In this document: positions 1 through 10,676 of the stretch, piece by piece
Layout of the letters: each line of letters begins with the position of its first letter
How positions within the stretch are numbered: the stretch's first letter is position 1
Notes under the pieces: generated by a model
Databases searched by the model: none
What the model saw: only the letters and a program-made list of their open reading frames with translations
Told to the model about the DNA's origin: nothing
Origin: Taishania sp.
GTDB taxonomy: Bacteria > Bacteroidota > Bacteroidia > Flavobacteriales_D > Crocinitomicaceae
Assembly (NCBI GenBank): GCA_030150045.1
Contig: JASLGM010000026.1
Coordinates: forward strand, 37,182 to 101,181
Length of the DNA stretch: 64,000 bases
Direction: 5' to 3'
Position numbers and translations under genes: made by a program

Positions 1-962
1 TAAACCAAAACATATTGTTTGTTGTTGCTGAAAATAGTTGCGCCATTAGGTATTGCAACCGCTTTTTCATCCAAGGTGTTTTTCTTTACAAGAATGTCTG
101 CTACCAAACCAGGGAAAAGATTCATTTTTGGATTTTTGAGTACAACTCTAGCTTTCAAGACATGTTCATTTTCGTCAAAGACGTTGAATATTTTATCGAT
201 TTTCCCTTCATATATTTCATCAGGATAGGCAATGGTTCTCACCTTTACTGGATCACCTACATGAATGTAACGTAGGTTGTTAGCATAGATGTTAATAAAA
301 ACCCACACTTCGTTTAAGTTGGAGATGGAGAACAAAGGGTCATTGTCTAAGGATAGGGTTTGTCCTGCACTGATGTTTTTTTGTACGATATATCCATCTT
401 TAGGTGCTAGTATTTTGTATATCCCGTTTTGTCCAGTGGATTTGTACATGACCAATTGTTCACTGATTTTATGTAGTTCAGCTTTTGCATCATTGAGTTC
501 GTATTCTAATTCCATTAATTCGAGGTTGGAAACCAATCCGTCTTTTAATAGTTCTTTTTTTGTTTTTATTTGTTCAGTGAGTAAGTCAATTTGCATTTTA
601 CGAGCTTGTTTACTTTGCGTAAGTTCCATTACTTGACTTGATTGAACAACGACTAAAGTTTGACCCTTTTGAACGCGATCACCTAATTCAAACTCTACCG
701 ATTCAACTACACCTTCAAGCATGTTCTTATAGCTTACTAGATCGTTTTGATCATATTCTATTTTTCCAGTTAATGCCAAGTGTTCTTGCATTTCTTCGAG
801 TTTTACCTCTTGAATTCTTGTCTTTTCTTTCAATGCAGCAGGAATACAAAAAGAGGTTTCTTTTTTCTCTTGCATCGTATTTTCGTTTTTCTGTCCACAT
901 GCGACTAACAGAATTGTTAAAAGGATAACTCCTTTTGATTTAGAAATCTTTTCCAACAACAT
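1..962 (-). CDS. efflux RND periplasmic adaptor subunit (HlyD/CzcB-like), partial; the 3' end runs off the left edge
   Basis: Absent from the ORF track because there is no stop in the window. Manual reverse-complement translation from the ATG at 960-962 stays open to position 1: MLLEKISKSKGVILLTILLVACGQ (lipoprotein-type signal)...GDRVQKGQTLVVVQSS...coiled coil...ILAPKDGYIVQKNISAGQ...VGDPVKVRT. The + strand ORFs at 15-928 are its antisense shadows. Overlaps the tolC-like stop by 23 nt. Confidence 0.85.
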   Translation of the reverse strand, partial: MLLEKISKSKGVILLTILLVACGQKNENTMQEKKETSFCIPAALKEKTRIQEVKLEEMQEHLALTGKIEYDQNDLVSYKNMLEGVVESVEFELGDRVQKGQTLVVVQSSQVMELTQSKQARKMQIDLLTEQIKTKKELLKDGLVSNLELMELEYELNDAKAELHKISEQLVMYKSTGQNGIYKILAPKDGYIVQKNISAGQTLSLDNDPLFSISNLNEVWVFINIYANNLRYIHVGDPVKVRTIAYPDEIYEGKIDKIFNVFDENEHVLKARVVLKNPKMNLFPGLVADILVKKNTLDEKAVAIPNGATIFSNNKQYVLV

Positions 963-2205
963 ATTGTATTTCTTCATAGGTTTTTAAATAGTTTTTTTCC
1001 AACTCAATTCTGTTTTCTTGAGCAATTTGATAAGCAGATAGAAAATCCATGTATTCTAAAAGTGTGATTTGTCTGTTCTGCAAATGCTTGGTATAAGCTG
1101 TTAACATTTTATCCAATTGATCTGGAGTTTCTTTGTCCAGGTTTTGAAGGGTTTCTTCGTAATTGTCTAGTTGGTTCTTTAGTTTGTCAATGTTGTTTTT
1201 TATCTGTGCATACACATATTGTTTGTTTACTTCTTGCTGACTTATATTGGCTTGAGCAATTTTTATTCCTGACTGATTTCTATTGTAAAAAGGTAAATCG
1301 ATAGACATCCCTATTCCAACAAAATCACGCATGATGTTACCTCCTCGATCATAAGAAACTTGTAAAGCTAAATCAGGTGATTTATTGGCTTTCTCAAGTT
1401 TTAAAATTTGTTCAGCTAATTCAGATTCTACATTGGTTTGTTTTATTTGTTTGTTTTCTTGTATGGCTAATGCATTTAAATCAATGGGTAATTTAGAGGA
1501 AAGGAATAGATTTGTTTCCGGGTATTCTTCAAAACTTGTTGCATTCAAATTTTGAATTCCTGTCCATAAACGCAAAAGACTTAGTTGTTCAACGATTTCG
1601 TTTTGTAGTTGGGCATAATCGTTTTTTTCTTGAATCATTTGCGTTTGTACACGGATATATTCAGCCAAAGGAATGACGTTCTGTTGTGCCAATTTCTTAT
1701 AGTCGTCAACTAATTTTTGAAGATTACTGATTACATCAGCTTGTACTTGTTTTGCTTTTTGATTAGCGATTAAATCCCAGTATGTACTACGTAACTCCCA
1801 TTTTAATTGGAGAACCAGTTCTTCAAATTCAATTTCCTTCTGTTTCTTTTCAATGTTCTTTACAGACCAACGTTTCTTTCTTTTACCAGCTGTCTCAATG
1901 ATTTGTTCAATGTCAACAGCAAATTGTTGGCGGCTACCGTAGTTGCCAAATAGAACAGGCATTTCTTCTGACGTTTTATTAGCCCAAAGGTTTACCTCGT
2001 TAATTGAAAGTGTGGGGTTTTGCCATAATTTTGCTTCTATGATTTCAGCATCTGCTTTATCAATTTCAAAGCGAGCAGCTAACAGTTCAAAATTGTTTTT
2101 CAAGAAAGCACTTTCCAGCTGGAGTAGCCCCAAAGGCGTTGCTTTTTCTTGAGAAAATACCGTGAAACTAGCAAGGCTTATGGTGATGATTGTGTTTTTT
2201 ATCAT
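940..2205 (-). CDS. TolC-family outer membrane efflux protein (CzcC-like)
   Basis: 421-aa ORF with signal peptide MIKNTIITISLASFTVFSQ and a long helical two-repeat composition typical of outer membrane efflux proteins. Lies in the same minus-strand operon as the adaptor and the two-component genes. Confidence 0.85.
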   Translation of the reverse strand: MIKNTIITISLASFTVFSQEKATPLGLLQLESAFLKNNFELLAARFEIDKADAEIIEAKLWQNPTLSINEVNLWANKTSEEMPVLFGNYGSRQQFAVDIEQIIETAGKRKKRWSVKNIEKKQKEIEFEELVLQLKWELRSTYWDLIANQKAKQVQADVISNLQKLVDDYKKLAQQNVIPLAEYIRVQTQMIQEKNDYAQLQNEIVEQLSLLRLWTGIQNLNATSFEEYPETNLFLSSKLPIDLNALAIQENKQIKQTNVESELAEQILKLEKANKSPDLALQVSYDRGGNIMRDFVGIGMSIDLPFYNRNQSGIKIAQANISQQEVNKQYVYAQIKNNIDKLKNQLDNYEETLQNLDKETPDQLDKMLTAYTKHLQNRQITLLEYMDFLSAYQIAQENRIELEKNYLKTYEEIQYVVGKDF

Positions 2206-2276
2206 GGTAATACATTCGATAATACAAATGTATTTCCTGAAAATTAAGATGAGATTGGAGCTAGATTAGAATTAGA

Positions 2277-3611
2277 TTAGAATATTAATGTCATTTTGGT
2301 TCCATCTTTAGATGAATCTATTTTAAGCGTGATTTCATGAATGTCAAAGATGATTTTTGCCATTGAAAGACCTATTCCTTTTCCTTGGAAACCTTCTGTA
2401 TTTGAACCTCGATAGAAATTGCGAGTGATTTGTGATAAATCTGATTCCGGTATACCAATTCCTTTATCAATAATGGCAATGCAAAGACGTGTTTCATCTT
2501 CGTAAATTACAGTTTTAATTTCTTGATTAGAAGAATATTTGATGGCGTTTTCTATCAGATTGTTTATTGCTAAAGTGATTAAGGATGCATTTCCTTTGCA
2601 TTGTAAAATCTGAGAGTCTTCAACTTGAAAATCGACACGAATTATAGCATTGTGTCTTTGCATTGCATTTTCTATCACTTCCCAAAGTACTTCGTCTACT
2701 CTAAAATCGGTTAGCTCAAAGTTGGTGTTAGCGCCCGAAAGTATCATCATATTATCGAGTGTTGTTTCTAGGTCTAGTGTGTACTGTTTTAATTTGTGCA
2801 ATAAATCATTCGTTTCTTCTAAACTTCTTTCTTTTTGTTTAGAAACTTCTAATGTTCCAAGAAGTGCTGTAATGGGAGTACGTAATTCATGAGAAACATA
2901 GTCGATGAAATTTTTTTGAACTACAAATGTTTGTGCTAAACGATCTACAAACAGGTTATAAGTGTCAACTAAATCATTGATTTCAGTATATGAATCTGGT
3001 AAAGTTAGTGGATGACCGAATGTTTGGGTATCTCTTCTTCTGATCTGAGAAATAATGTTTGTAATCGGTTTATAGGCAATGTTTCCCAACATTCTAGAGA
3101 AGAAATAAATGATAAGGATTCCAAAAAGACAAACTAGTGAAAGTATCTTGAGTAAAGAGGCCAATTGATCGTTATAAATGGATTTGTCTTCACGTGTAAT
3201 GATGATGAAATCTCCTTGATTGTCTTTGTAGAAAATTCCATAGTAGAAGTAACCTTGCGTCACTAAATAGGCGTCTTGTTTGTCTCGTATAAGATCAATG
3301 AATTCATTTGTTAACTCATGGTTGTCGAACATTTCACCGCTAACAAATAGGTTGGAGTTGTTATAGACAGCAATATCTTTTCTAGAAATATTTTTACGTA
3401 ATTGGTCTTTTATTGATTCATGTTCGTTGTAACTTATTTCATCTTTTTCTAAATAGTAAACAGCAGCCAATAGGGTTTTACTTTCGAGTCTTGAAAGGGT
3501 ATTGTTCTTCATCCAATGGCGGAAAGAAAAGAAAATAACGGCTGAGGCACTGATGAATACAATGCTGAAGATTAAGATCGAAATTAAACTTAAACGATGT
3601 TTTAATTGCAT
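2277..3611 (-). CDS. sensor histidine kinase
   Basis: 444 aa with two TM segments, H-box VSHELRTPITAL, N-box NLIENAIKYS, and G-boxes DKGIGIP and GKGIGLS. Confidence 0.9.
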   Translation of the reverse strand: MQLKHRLSLISILIFSIVFISASAVIFFSFRHWMKNNTLSRLESKTLLAAVYYLEKDEISYNEHESIKDQLRKNISRKDIAVYNNSNLFVSGEMFDNHELTNEFIDLIRDKQDAYLVTQGYFYYGIFYKDNQGDFIIITREDKSIYNDQLASLLKILSLVCLFGILIIYFFSRMLGNIAYKPITNIISQIRRRDTQTFGHPLTLPDSYTEINDLVDTYNLFVDRLAQTFVVQKNFIDYVSHELRTPITALLGTLEVSKQKERSLEETNDLLHKLKQYTLDLETTLDNMMILSGANTNFELTDFRVDEVLWEVIENAMQRHNAIIRVDFQVEDSQILQCKGNASLITLAINNLIENAIKYSSNQEIKTVIYEDETRLCIAIIDKGIGIPESDLSQITRNFYRGSNTEGFQGKGIGLSMAKIIFDIHEITLKIDSSKDGTKMTLIF

Positions 3612-4291
3612 GTGTTTTCTTTAAACATGTATCCAATTCCTTTTACAGTATGTATGTATTTATTTCCGTTTTTTTCAATTTTGTTTCTTAAATATGAAAT
3701 ATATACATCTACCACATTGGTTTGATTGTCAAATTGAATATCCCAAACAGCGTTTAAGATTTGGATTCGTGTTACAGCCTTGTTTTGGTTTTCTACTATA
3801 TACAAAAGGAGTTTTAATTCCCTTGGAGATAACTCAATCTGTTGGTTTGATTCAAAAACTTCATAAGTGTCTAGATTCAAGCGAAGATCACCTATTATTT
3901 TTTCATTCATTTGAGGAGCCTCTTGCACCAATTGATTCCTTCTGGTAAGTGCCCTTACTCTCGAGAGCAATTCATCAAAATGAAAAGGTTTTGTGATGTA
4001 ATCATCCGCACCGAAATCGAGTGCATTTACTTTGTCTTGTACCGTTTGTAATGCACTCAGCATAAGGATAGGCGTATAATTCTTTTTGAAACGTAGGGTT
4101 TGAAGTAATTGTAAACCATTGATTCCTGGAAGCATCACGTCCAAAATAAAAAGATCCCAATGTTGGGTAGTGTAGATTTCAAGCATTTCTTCACCAGAGC
4201 GACAAAGGGTAACCGAATAATTGTTCTCTCGTAAACCCTTCACCAAAAAATCACTGATCCGTTGATCGTCTTCCACTACTAAAATCTGCAT
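3602..4291 (-). CDS. OmpR/PhoB-type response regulator
   Basis: 229 aa. Receiver domain (ILVVEDD, LDVMLPGINGL, ITKPF) plus a winged-helix C-terminus (VKGIGYMF). Overlaps the kinase gene by 10 nt. Confidence 0.92.
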   Translation of the reverse strand: MQILVVEDDQRISDFLVKGLRENNYSVTLCRSGEEMLEIYTTQHWDLFILDVMLPGINGLQLLQTLRFKKNYTPILMLSALQTVQDKVNALDFGADDYITKPFHFDELLSRVRALTRRNQLVQEAPQMNEKIIGDLRLNLDTYEVFESNQQIELSPRELKLLLYIVENQNKAVTRIQILNAVWDIQFDNQTNVVDVYISYLRNKIEKNGNKYIHTVKGIGYMFKENTCN

Positions 4292-4329
4292 AATTACCTT
4301 TTCTCAAAAATAGAAATAACTTTCTACAT

Positions 4330-6084
4330 TTAGTTAAATAACAAAATACCAGAAACATGACTTAATTTCTTCTCGTCTGAATAATTGCAATTCTCAAAAT
4401 ACAATCGGAAATTTTTGTTTCCAATCTTTCCTTCAATGAAAATTGGTGTTTCAGAATATTGTATTTCCTTATTGTAGTATTTTGTGTAAAGATTATCAAA
4501 AGTTGAGGTAAGGTCAAATATTTGATCTTGGTATTTTAGTTCGATTGTTTTTCCTTCTTTAGTCGCGTGAATTTCCCATAATTCTGTATCGTTTTGATAT
4601 AGGTTTTCGAAGTTGCTTTTTCCGTAAACACTTAATTGAAAACGTTTGTATTTTGAGAAATCACTAATGTCTAGTTCATCCACGCTCGAATTAAAATAAA
4701 CATATTTTGAAGGCGAATTCACAATTGGTGAATCCTTGTAATTGACTTTTGTAAATAAATCTTGGATCGAATAACGAGAAAGGTAAGTTTCCTTTCTCAA
4801 GCTGTCAGGTAAGAATTGGAGTACATAAGCACGTTCGTTTCGATCAAGTAAATAATCCATCTTGTCAGTGATGGAATACATTTGTGCAGAAGGAATAGAT
4901 TTGTCAAAGTTAATTTTCCCGTCTGCTTCAATCAATTTATTTTTTTCTAGAATAAGAGCTATTTCTTTCTTTTGACTTCGTATTCCCATAGAGAATACAT
5001 TGAAATAAGGAACATAAGTAGCCGTAAATGCAATTAGTGCAAGTGAAATAGGAATAACGCGTATATTTCCTTTTGGACGGAATATAAAGTATAACACGAT
5101 AAAAGTAAGCCAAATACTTAACAGTAATAATAGTAAACGAGCTTCAGTAAAACCATATTGATGGATACGTTTATAGAGTGCGATGTATTGAATGATAATA
5201 AGTGGTAGTAGACTGTAATAGAATGCTTTTCCAAAAAAAGAAACCCAAGCATGCTCTGTTTTGTTTTTGAGCGGATGAACCAAAAGAATAGCCAAAATTC
5301 CAACGATAGAAAAAATTTGTAGCATATATGAAACCCATCCTTGTGGCCACGATTGTAACATTACAATACGACCGATGTATAAATACAAAATGACCAAATA
5401 CAATAAAAGCAAAGGAATAAGAATGAACTGAACGAAGAATTTCAAGACTATTGGATAGGGTGTTTCTTTCTCTAAATCATTTATACCATCTTTACTGAAT
5501 AATAAAAAGATAAATGTTCCTCCGATAATTTGACCAATAAAGAAAGCTCTTAGAATATTTATTTCCTCAATAGGAATGTTTAATAATTCGCGAACTCCGA
5601 ACAGGGCTAATGCCAAGCCACCACTGAAAACATTTGCAAAAAGGGATGTTACAATAAAGTGGATAAAAAGACTTTTATTATAATTCCAAAATCGTTCTTG
5701 ATCGCGATCTTGTAGAAATGGAGCAATAGCAACAAATAAATGGGAGATTAATAAAGATAGAAAGAGGGTGAGTACCCATTTCACTTCTTGATTTTCTTGA
5801 TTGGGAAATATAAAATAAAACAAAATCAATAGAAGGATTCCACTGAGGTTGAAAAGCAATCTACGACTGTGGCGTTGACCAAGCATTTCCATTGCAAAGA
5901 GTATAGAAATTCCGATTGAACTGGTAATAGAAAGCTTATAAAGAAATATACTTTCATTTCTGTGGTTCCAATTGATTAAATAGAGAATGCAACCACAAAA
6001 AATAAATGCAGAAAGCAAAACCAAAGGATATTTATAAATGACTTTTTGAACGTTTGATCCAAGTTCTTTGTTAAAGATTTTCAT
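4330..6084 (-). CDS. polytopic membrane protein (DUF4153-like from memory)
   Basis: 584 aa with about 10 hydrophobic helices in the N-terminal 370 aa, followed by a soluble C-terminal domain. The family name comes from recall only. Confidence 0.7.
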   Translation of the reverse strand: MKIFNKELGSNVQKVIYKYPLVLLSAFIFCGCILYLINWNHRNESIFLYKLSITSSIGISILFAMEMLGQRHSRRLLFNLSGILLLILFYFIFPNQENQEVKWVLTLFLSLLISHLFVAIAPFLQDRDQERFWNYNKSLFIHFIVTSLFANVFSGGLALALFGVRELLNIPIEEINILRAFFIGQIIGGTFIFLLFSKDGINDLEKETPYPIVLKFFVQFILIPLLLLYLVILYLYIGRIVMLQSWPQGWVSYMLQIFSIVGILAILLVHPLKNKTEHAWVSFFGKAFYYSLLPLIIIQYIALYKRIHQYGFTEARLLLLLLSIWLTFIVLYFIFRPKGNIRVIPISLALIAFTATYVPYFNVFSMGIRSQKKEIALILEKNKLIEADGKINFDKSIPSAQMYSITDKMDYLLDRNERAYVLQFLPDSLRKETYLSRYSIQDLFTKVNYKDSPIVNSPSKYVYFNSSVDELDISDFSKYKRFQLSVYGKSNFENLYQNDTELWEIHATKEGKTIELKYQDQIFDLTSTFDNLYTKYYNKEIQYSETPIFIEGKIGNKNFRLYFENCNYSDEKKLSHVSGILLFN

Positions 6085-6435
6085 TGTAAAAGAGATGAGG
6101 TTACTAAATATGGAATTAAAAATACATTTTTTAAAAGGAGGAAAATTTAATTCATTAAAAAAAAATAATAATGTGAAACAAAAAAACTAAATGTAACTTT
6201 TGAATGTGATATAAATAAAGAGGAAGTACTCATTAAATAGATGATTTCTTTTCAATCGATCAACTTGAATTAAGCGAATGAAAAGTAGGAAAGTGAAAAG
6301 ATTGAAAATAAAAATAAATATGCGTGCATAGTAATTGTTTGTTGAATAACCTGTATATTTAGTACGTTGAATTGATCTGAAATGGAGTAGGAGATAGTGA
6401 AAGTATTTCTTCCAATTCGGAAAGAAAGATAGAAA

Positions 6436-8223
6436 ATGAAAAATCGAGAAGAGAACGAACCCAAAAGAGTATTTGATTTAGCGTACTTACAATTAGAGCG
6501 TTATCCAAAACTGAATATGTTTGCAAGTAAAAAGGAAAACACTTGGCATTTCATGACAACAGAAGCTTTTTTAGAAGAAGCAAACAAAGTTTCTAAAGCG
6601 TTAATCCATTTAGGTGTGAATAAAGGTGATAAGATTGCGCTTGTAACAGAAAATCGGATCGAATGGAATATCATGGATATCGCAGTTCAACAAATTGGGG
6701 GTGTTTTAGTGGCAGTTTACCCTAATATTTCCACTAATGATTACCGCTATATCTTTAATGATGCATTGATTAAATTTGCTTTTGTGAGTACAGAAGAATT
6801 GTATCATAAAATTGAATTAATTAGGAAAGAATTAAACTCACTTCAGGAAATTTACACGTTCAATGAAGTGGCCGGAGCTAAGTCTTGGGAAAAGCTTTTT
6901 GATTACACGTCAACTACTGAAGCTGAAGTGTTGGAAGAACGTAGAGAAAGTGTTCAATCAGAAGATTTGTTAACCTTAATCTATACATCGGGAACAACAG
7001 GAAATCCTAAAGGAGTTATGTTAACACACGCTAATATGCTGGCAGAGGTAGAAGGAACTAGCTTCGCGACACCAACAGATGCCTACGATCGTGCACTTAC
7101 TTTTTTACCTGTTTGCCATGCCTATGAACGCATGTTTCATTATATCTATATCAATAAAGGGAATACTATTTATTTTGCCGAATCAATCGATGCATTAGGT
7201 AAAAACTTCCTTGAAGTAAAACCACATATTTTTGGAGCGGTACCACGCGTTTTAGAAAAAATATACAATAAAATTAATGATGCAGGAAATGCGCTTCCAG
7301 GCTTAAAAAAGAAAATCTTCTTTTGGGCAATTGCATTAGGAGAGAAGTATGAACTGGAGAATAGATCTTTATTCTATGATTTACAATTGGCTATTGCACG
7401 CAAGTTGGTGTTCAGTAAATGGGTAGATGCTTTAGGTGGTGAAGTAAAAGGATGTACAGTAGGATCTGCAGCTATGCAGGAAAGACTTTTAAGACTTTTT
7501 CTTGCAGCAGGTGTGCCGCTTTTAGAAGGTTATGGTTTAACAGAAGCTTCGCCTTGTGTTGCTGTAAATTGTTTAAAGAGAGGACGCAAAATTGGAACAG
7601 TAGGACCAATGTTAATCAATGCTGAAGCAAAAATAGCAGAAGATGGTGAAATCCTAGTGAGAGGAGGAATGGTAATGAAAGGATATTACAATCAACCAGA
7701 AGAAACGGCAAAAGTTTTAGTAGACGGATGGCTTCATACAGGTGATATTGGTGAGTTGATAGAAGGGAAATATCTAAAAATTACAGATCGAAAGAAAGAA
7801 ATCTTTAAAACATCTGGAGGTAAGTACATCATTCCGCAACAAATGGAAAATAAGTTCGGAGAGTGTAAATACATTGAGCAAATTATGGTCATCGGTGAAG
7901 GCGAAAAATTCCCTGCAGCTTTTATTGTTCCATCTTATAGCGAAATGCTTGCTTGGGCTAAATACAAAAAGTTCGAGGAAGCAAATTGGGAGAAAACTGA
8001 TTTCCTAAGTTCTAAAGTAGTAGAAGAAAAGATGTATAAAGAATTGGCGCGTATCAACAAAGAGTTTGGGAATTGGGAACAAATTAAAAAGATCGCCATA
8101 TTACCTCATGAATTTACAGTGGAATCAGGAGAGCTTACACCAACGTTAAAATTTAAACGAAAAATTATCCTTCAGAAATACCAAACGGAATATCACAAGA
8201 TATTCAACGAAGGAACGCATTAA
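6436..8223 (+). CDS. long-chain fatty acid-CoA ligase (AMP-dependent synthetase)
   Basis: 595 aa with the AMP-binding signature IYTSGTTGNPKGVMLTH, plus GYGLTE and TGDIG...DRKKEIFKTSGGKYI. Confidence 0.9.
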   Translation: MKNREENEPKRVFDLAYLQLERYPKLNMFASKKENTWHFMTTEAFLEEANKVSKALIHLGVNKGDKIALVTENRIEWNIMDIAVQQIGGVLVAVYPNISTNDYRYIFNDALIKFAFVSTEELYHKIELIRKELNSLQEIYTFNEVAGAKSWEKLFDYTSTTEAEVLEERRESVQSEDLLTLIYTSGTTGNPKGVMLTHANMLAEVEGTSFATPTDAYDRALTFLPVCHAYERMFHYIYINKGNTIYFAESIDALGKNFLEVKPHIFGAVPRVLEKIYNKINDAGNALPGLKKKIFFWAIALGEKYELENRSLFYDLQLAIARKLVFSKWVDALGGEVKGCTVGSAAMQERLLRLFLAAGVPLLEGYGLTEASPCVAVNCLKRGRKIGTVGPMLINAEAKIAEDGEILVRGGMVMKGYYNQPEETAKVLVDGWLHTGDIGELIEGKYLKITDRKKEIFKTSGGKYIIPQQMENKFGECKYIEQIMVIGEGEKFPAAFIVPSYSEMLAWAKYKKFEEANWEKTDFLSSKVVEEKMYKELARINKEFGNWEQIKKIAILPHEFTVESGELTPTLKFKRKIILQKYQTEYHKIFNEGTH

Positions 8224-8234
8224 AATGTAGACTT

Positions 8235-9608
8235 TTATTGCGCATTGTTGGGAAGGACAATCTGAAAGGTTGTTCCTAGACGAAGAACAGAAGAAATAGA
8301 GATAGATCCTTTGTGTAAGTGAATGATACGCTGGGTGAGCGATAATCCAATGCCATTTCCTTCAGCAAAGGATTTGTTTTCTCCACGATAAAACGGATTG
8401 AAAATAGATTCCATATCAGATGCTGGAATACCTACTCCTTGATCAATAAATCGCAGTACAATTTCTGTCATATTTAAAGAAATATTAACTGTACTTCTTT
8501 TGTCTTCTGAAAACTTACAGCCGTTTTCCATTAGGTTTGTAAAAGCAACCATTAACAAATATTCGTTTCCAAAACTGCTGATTTGATCCTCGTTGTCGAA
8601 ATCACCTTCAAAATGAAGGTCGATCTTATAATCCGGATTAGCCTTCAATACTTGTTGATGTGCGTCCAATAGAATCTCATCTATGCGCACAGGTTTAAAT
8701 GAAATCGTTGAGGAATCATAACTCGCCTTTGCGAAATCCAATAAACTATTGGAAAGCCGAGCAAGTTTCATGGCATCATTCCTGGTGTTATCAACTGCTT
8801 TTTGATATTCTTCAATCGTACGGATTTTATTGGAGGTGAGCTCCAATTCCGCAATAATGGCAGCCAAAGGCGTACGAATCTCATGTGAAATATTAGAAAC
8901 AAAATGTTTTTGAGCTTCAAACGAGGCTTCTAAGTGATCCAACATTTCATTAAATGTACTGGCCAAAGTAGCTAATTCATCTTTGTTTTTATTCTCTGTA
9001 ATGCGAATGTTCAAATTGTTTGCCGAAATTTGCTTGGCTTTTTCAGTCATTTCAGAAACCGGTTGCATCGCTTTTTTAGAAAAGAAACGTCCTGCCAAGT
9101 AAATAAAAAGAATGGAAATAATGAAAACCAAAATCATGGTTTGAAAAAGGTTTTCTAATTTTTTATAACCATATTGATCTAAAGCCGTAGCGGTGATGAT
9201 GTATCGTTCACCTTCAAAATCATACGTTAATCCGACCACTTGCCAATCGCCTTGAAAAAATTTCTTTTCACCTTTAGAATAGATTTCATGGATCATTTCT
9301 TGCGTTTCCTTCACCGCATCAATATCCAAAGCATCGTGGTAAAAAAGCTCAAAATCTCTATTGTAAATGGCGACTTCTACCTCGTTAATAGTTTCACGAT
9401 TGACTTTGTAAATGTCTTGTAAGGTTTGATCGTCTACTTTGGCTTTGAAAAATAAATTGGCCTTGGTTAAGGCTTCGTTTTTTAAAACGGAGAAGAATTC
9501 TTTTTCGCGGTTGCCACTCGCCGAGATGTAAATAACAGTAGCAAAAACCAAAAGAATGGTCGCTGTAATGAGCGTGTATAAAAGAGCTAATCGAGTTCCT
9601 ACCTTCAT
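8235..9608 (-). CDS. sensor histidine kinase (HAMP-containing)
   Basis: 457 aa with two TM segments, H-box SHEIRTPLAAI, N-box NLMENGCKFS, and DQGVGIP and GNGIGLS. Confidence 0.9.
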   Translation of the reverse strand: MKVGTRLALLYTLITATILLVFATVIYISASGNREKEFFSVLKNEALTKANLFFKAKVDDQTLQDIYKVNRETINEVEVAIYNRDFELFYHDALDIDAVKETQEMIHEIYSKGEKKFFQGDWQVVGLTYDFEGERYIITATALDQYGYKKLENLFQTMILVFIISILFIYLAGRFFSKKAMQPVSEMTEKAKQISANNLNIRITENKNKDELATLASTFNEMLDHLEASFEAQKHFVSNISHEIRTPLAAIIAELELTSNKIRTIEEYQKAVDNTRNDAMKLARLSNSLLDFAKASYDSSTISFKPVRIDEILLDAHQQVLKANPDYKIDLHFEGDFDNEDQISSFGNEYLLMVAFTNLMENGCKFSEDKRSTVNISLNMTEIVLRFIDQGVGIPASDMESIFNPFYRGENKSFAEGNGIGLSLTQRIIHLHKGSISISSVLRLGTTFQIVLPNNAQ

Positions 9609-10288
9609 TCTTCTTCTTTCAAAATAAAGCCCATTCCCGATTTAGTGTGAATGAGTTTTTTGTCAAATTCCTTATCCACTTTTTTGCGCAAATAATTAAT
9701 GTAAACATCAATGAAATTTGTTCCTGTATCAAAGTGAGTATTCCAAACTTTTTCTGCGATTTCCACTCGTGATAGGACACGTTCAGGATTTTGAAGCATG
9801 TACTGTAATAGATTAAATTCCTTTGGAGTAAGGTTTATTTCCTTGTCATTTCGTTTTACAATTTTTGTGTGTGAATTCATTTGTAAATCACCGTAAACCA
9901 ATTGAATACCACTGCTTCCAGCCGATTTGTTTTGTCTTTTCAAGAGTGAACGAATACGCGCAACCAACTCACGCATCTCAAATGGTTTTACTAAATAATC
10001 ATCGGCGCCGGCATCAAAACCCTCCACTTTATCGTCCGTGGTTCCTAAAGCGGTAAGTAAAATTATTGGTAAATCAGGTTTTATTTGGTTGAGTTCTTTG
10101 CACAGATCTAACCCATCTATTTTTGGTAAAATAACATCAGAAACAACAAGATCATACTCATTTTGTAAGGCTAATTTTTTTCCAGAAAGACCGTCATAAG
10201 CCAAAGTAGTGTTAAAACCTTGCTCTTCTAAACCGCGTTGAATCAGCTCGGCTACCCTTAAATCGTCTTCAATGATCAATATTTCCAT
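9605..10288 (-). CDS. OmpR/PhoB-type response regulator
   Basis: 227 aa. Receiver domain (ILIIEDD, SDVILPKIDGL, LVKPF) plus a winged helix (KSGMGFIL). Overlaps the kinase gene by 4 nt. Confidence 0.92.
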   Translation of the reverse strand: MEILIIEDDLRVAELIQRGLEEQGFNTTLAYDGLSGKKLALQNEYDLVVSDVILPKIDGLDLCKELNQIKPDLPIILLTALGTTDDKVEGFDAGADDYLVKPFEMRELVARIRSLLKRQNKSAGSSGIQLVYGDLQMNSHTKIVKRNDKEINLTPKEFNLLQYMLQNPERVLSRVEIAEKVWNTHFDTGTNFIDVYINYLRKKVDKEFDKKLIHTKSGMGFILKEEE

Positions 10289-10506
10289 ACCTCAAAAATC
10301 TTTACCTTGATGTGCAATAAAAGTACATAATCTTTGCCAAACAGCCGAACTTATTTGCCTTTCTTGGACACAAATCCTTCCATCCTTAAAATTTTCCGTT
10401 CCAACTTATTTCCCGCTGATTAATGATATAAAATATAATTTTACGTCGGTTAATTCACTTAATTTGAATTGATTGATCTATTTACGCTATTTAGATGAAG
10501 TTGAAG

Positions 10507-10540
10507 AATCCCGATTAGCATAAGATAATCGGGATTTTTT
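10507..10540 (+). terminator. hairpin plus T-run; remnant of a third tandem unit (C0)
   Basis: AATCCCGATT..AATCGGGATT followed by TTTTTT. The preceding tctatttacgctatttag resembles the bodies of the two units downstream, but no intact -24/-12 box lies upstream. Confidence 0.4.
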
Positions 10541-10554
10541 GGCATGTTATTTGC
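10540..10554 (+). promoter_or_regulatory. sigma-54-type -24/-12 promoter element (unit C1)
   Basis: TGGCATgttatTTGC matches the TGGCAC-N5-TTGC consensus with correct GG/GC spacing. A paralogous copy lies at 11110-11124. Confidence 0.35.
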
Positions 10555-10565
10555 CTTTTCATTTG

Positions 10566-10651
10566 CACAAAGTAGAAACATCTATTTTTATCTATAATTT
10601 ACGCATTTAGGTACTTAGAAATCCTGTGATCCAATTGATTACAGGATTTTT
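10566..10651 (+). ncRNA. candidate sigma-54-dependent small RNA (unit C1)
   Basis: About 85 nt between the predicted start (about 12 nt after the GC) and the intrinsic terminator AATCCTGT..ACAGGATTTTT at 10619-10651. No ORF. Paralogous to 11136-11218. Confidence 0.3.
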
Positions 10652-10676
10652 AATTTTCTAATATTTTCTTTTTTTA

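Noticed and set aside
15-928. Four + strand ORFs from the track (15-275, 19-228, 289-636, 638-928).
   Set aside because: They are antisense shadows of the real minus-strand RND adaptor gene. That gene is open from 962 to the window edge and has clear adaptor motifs. The + strand products are low-complexity and motif-free.
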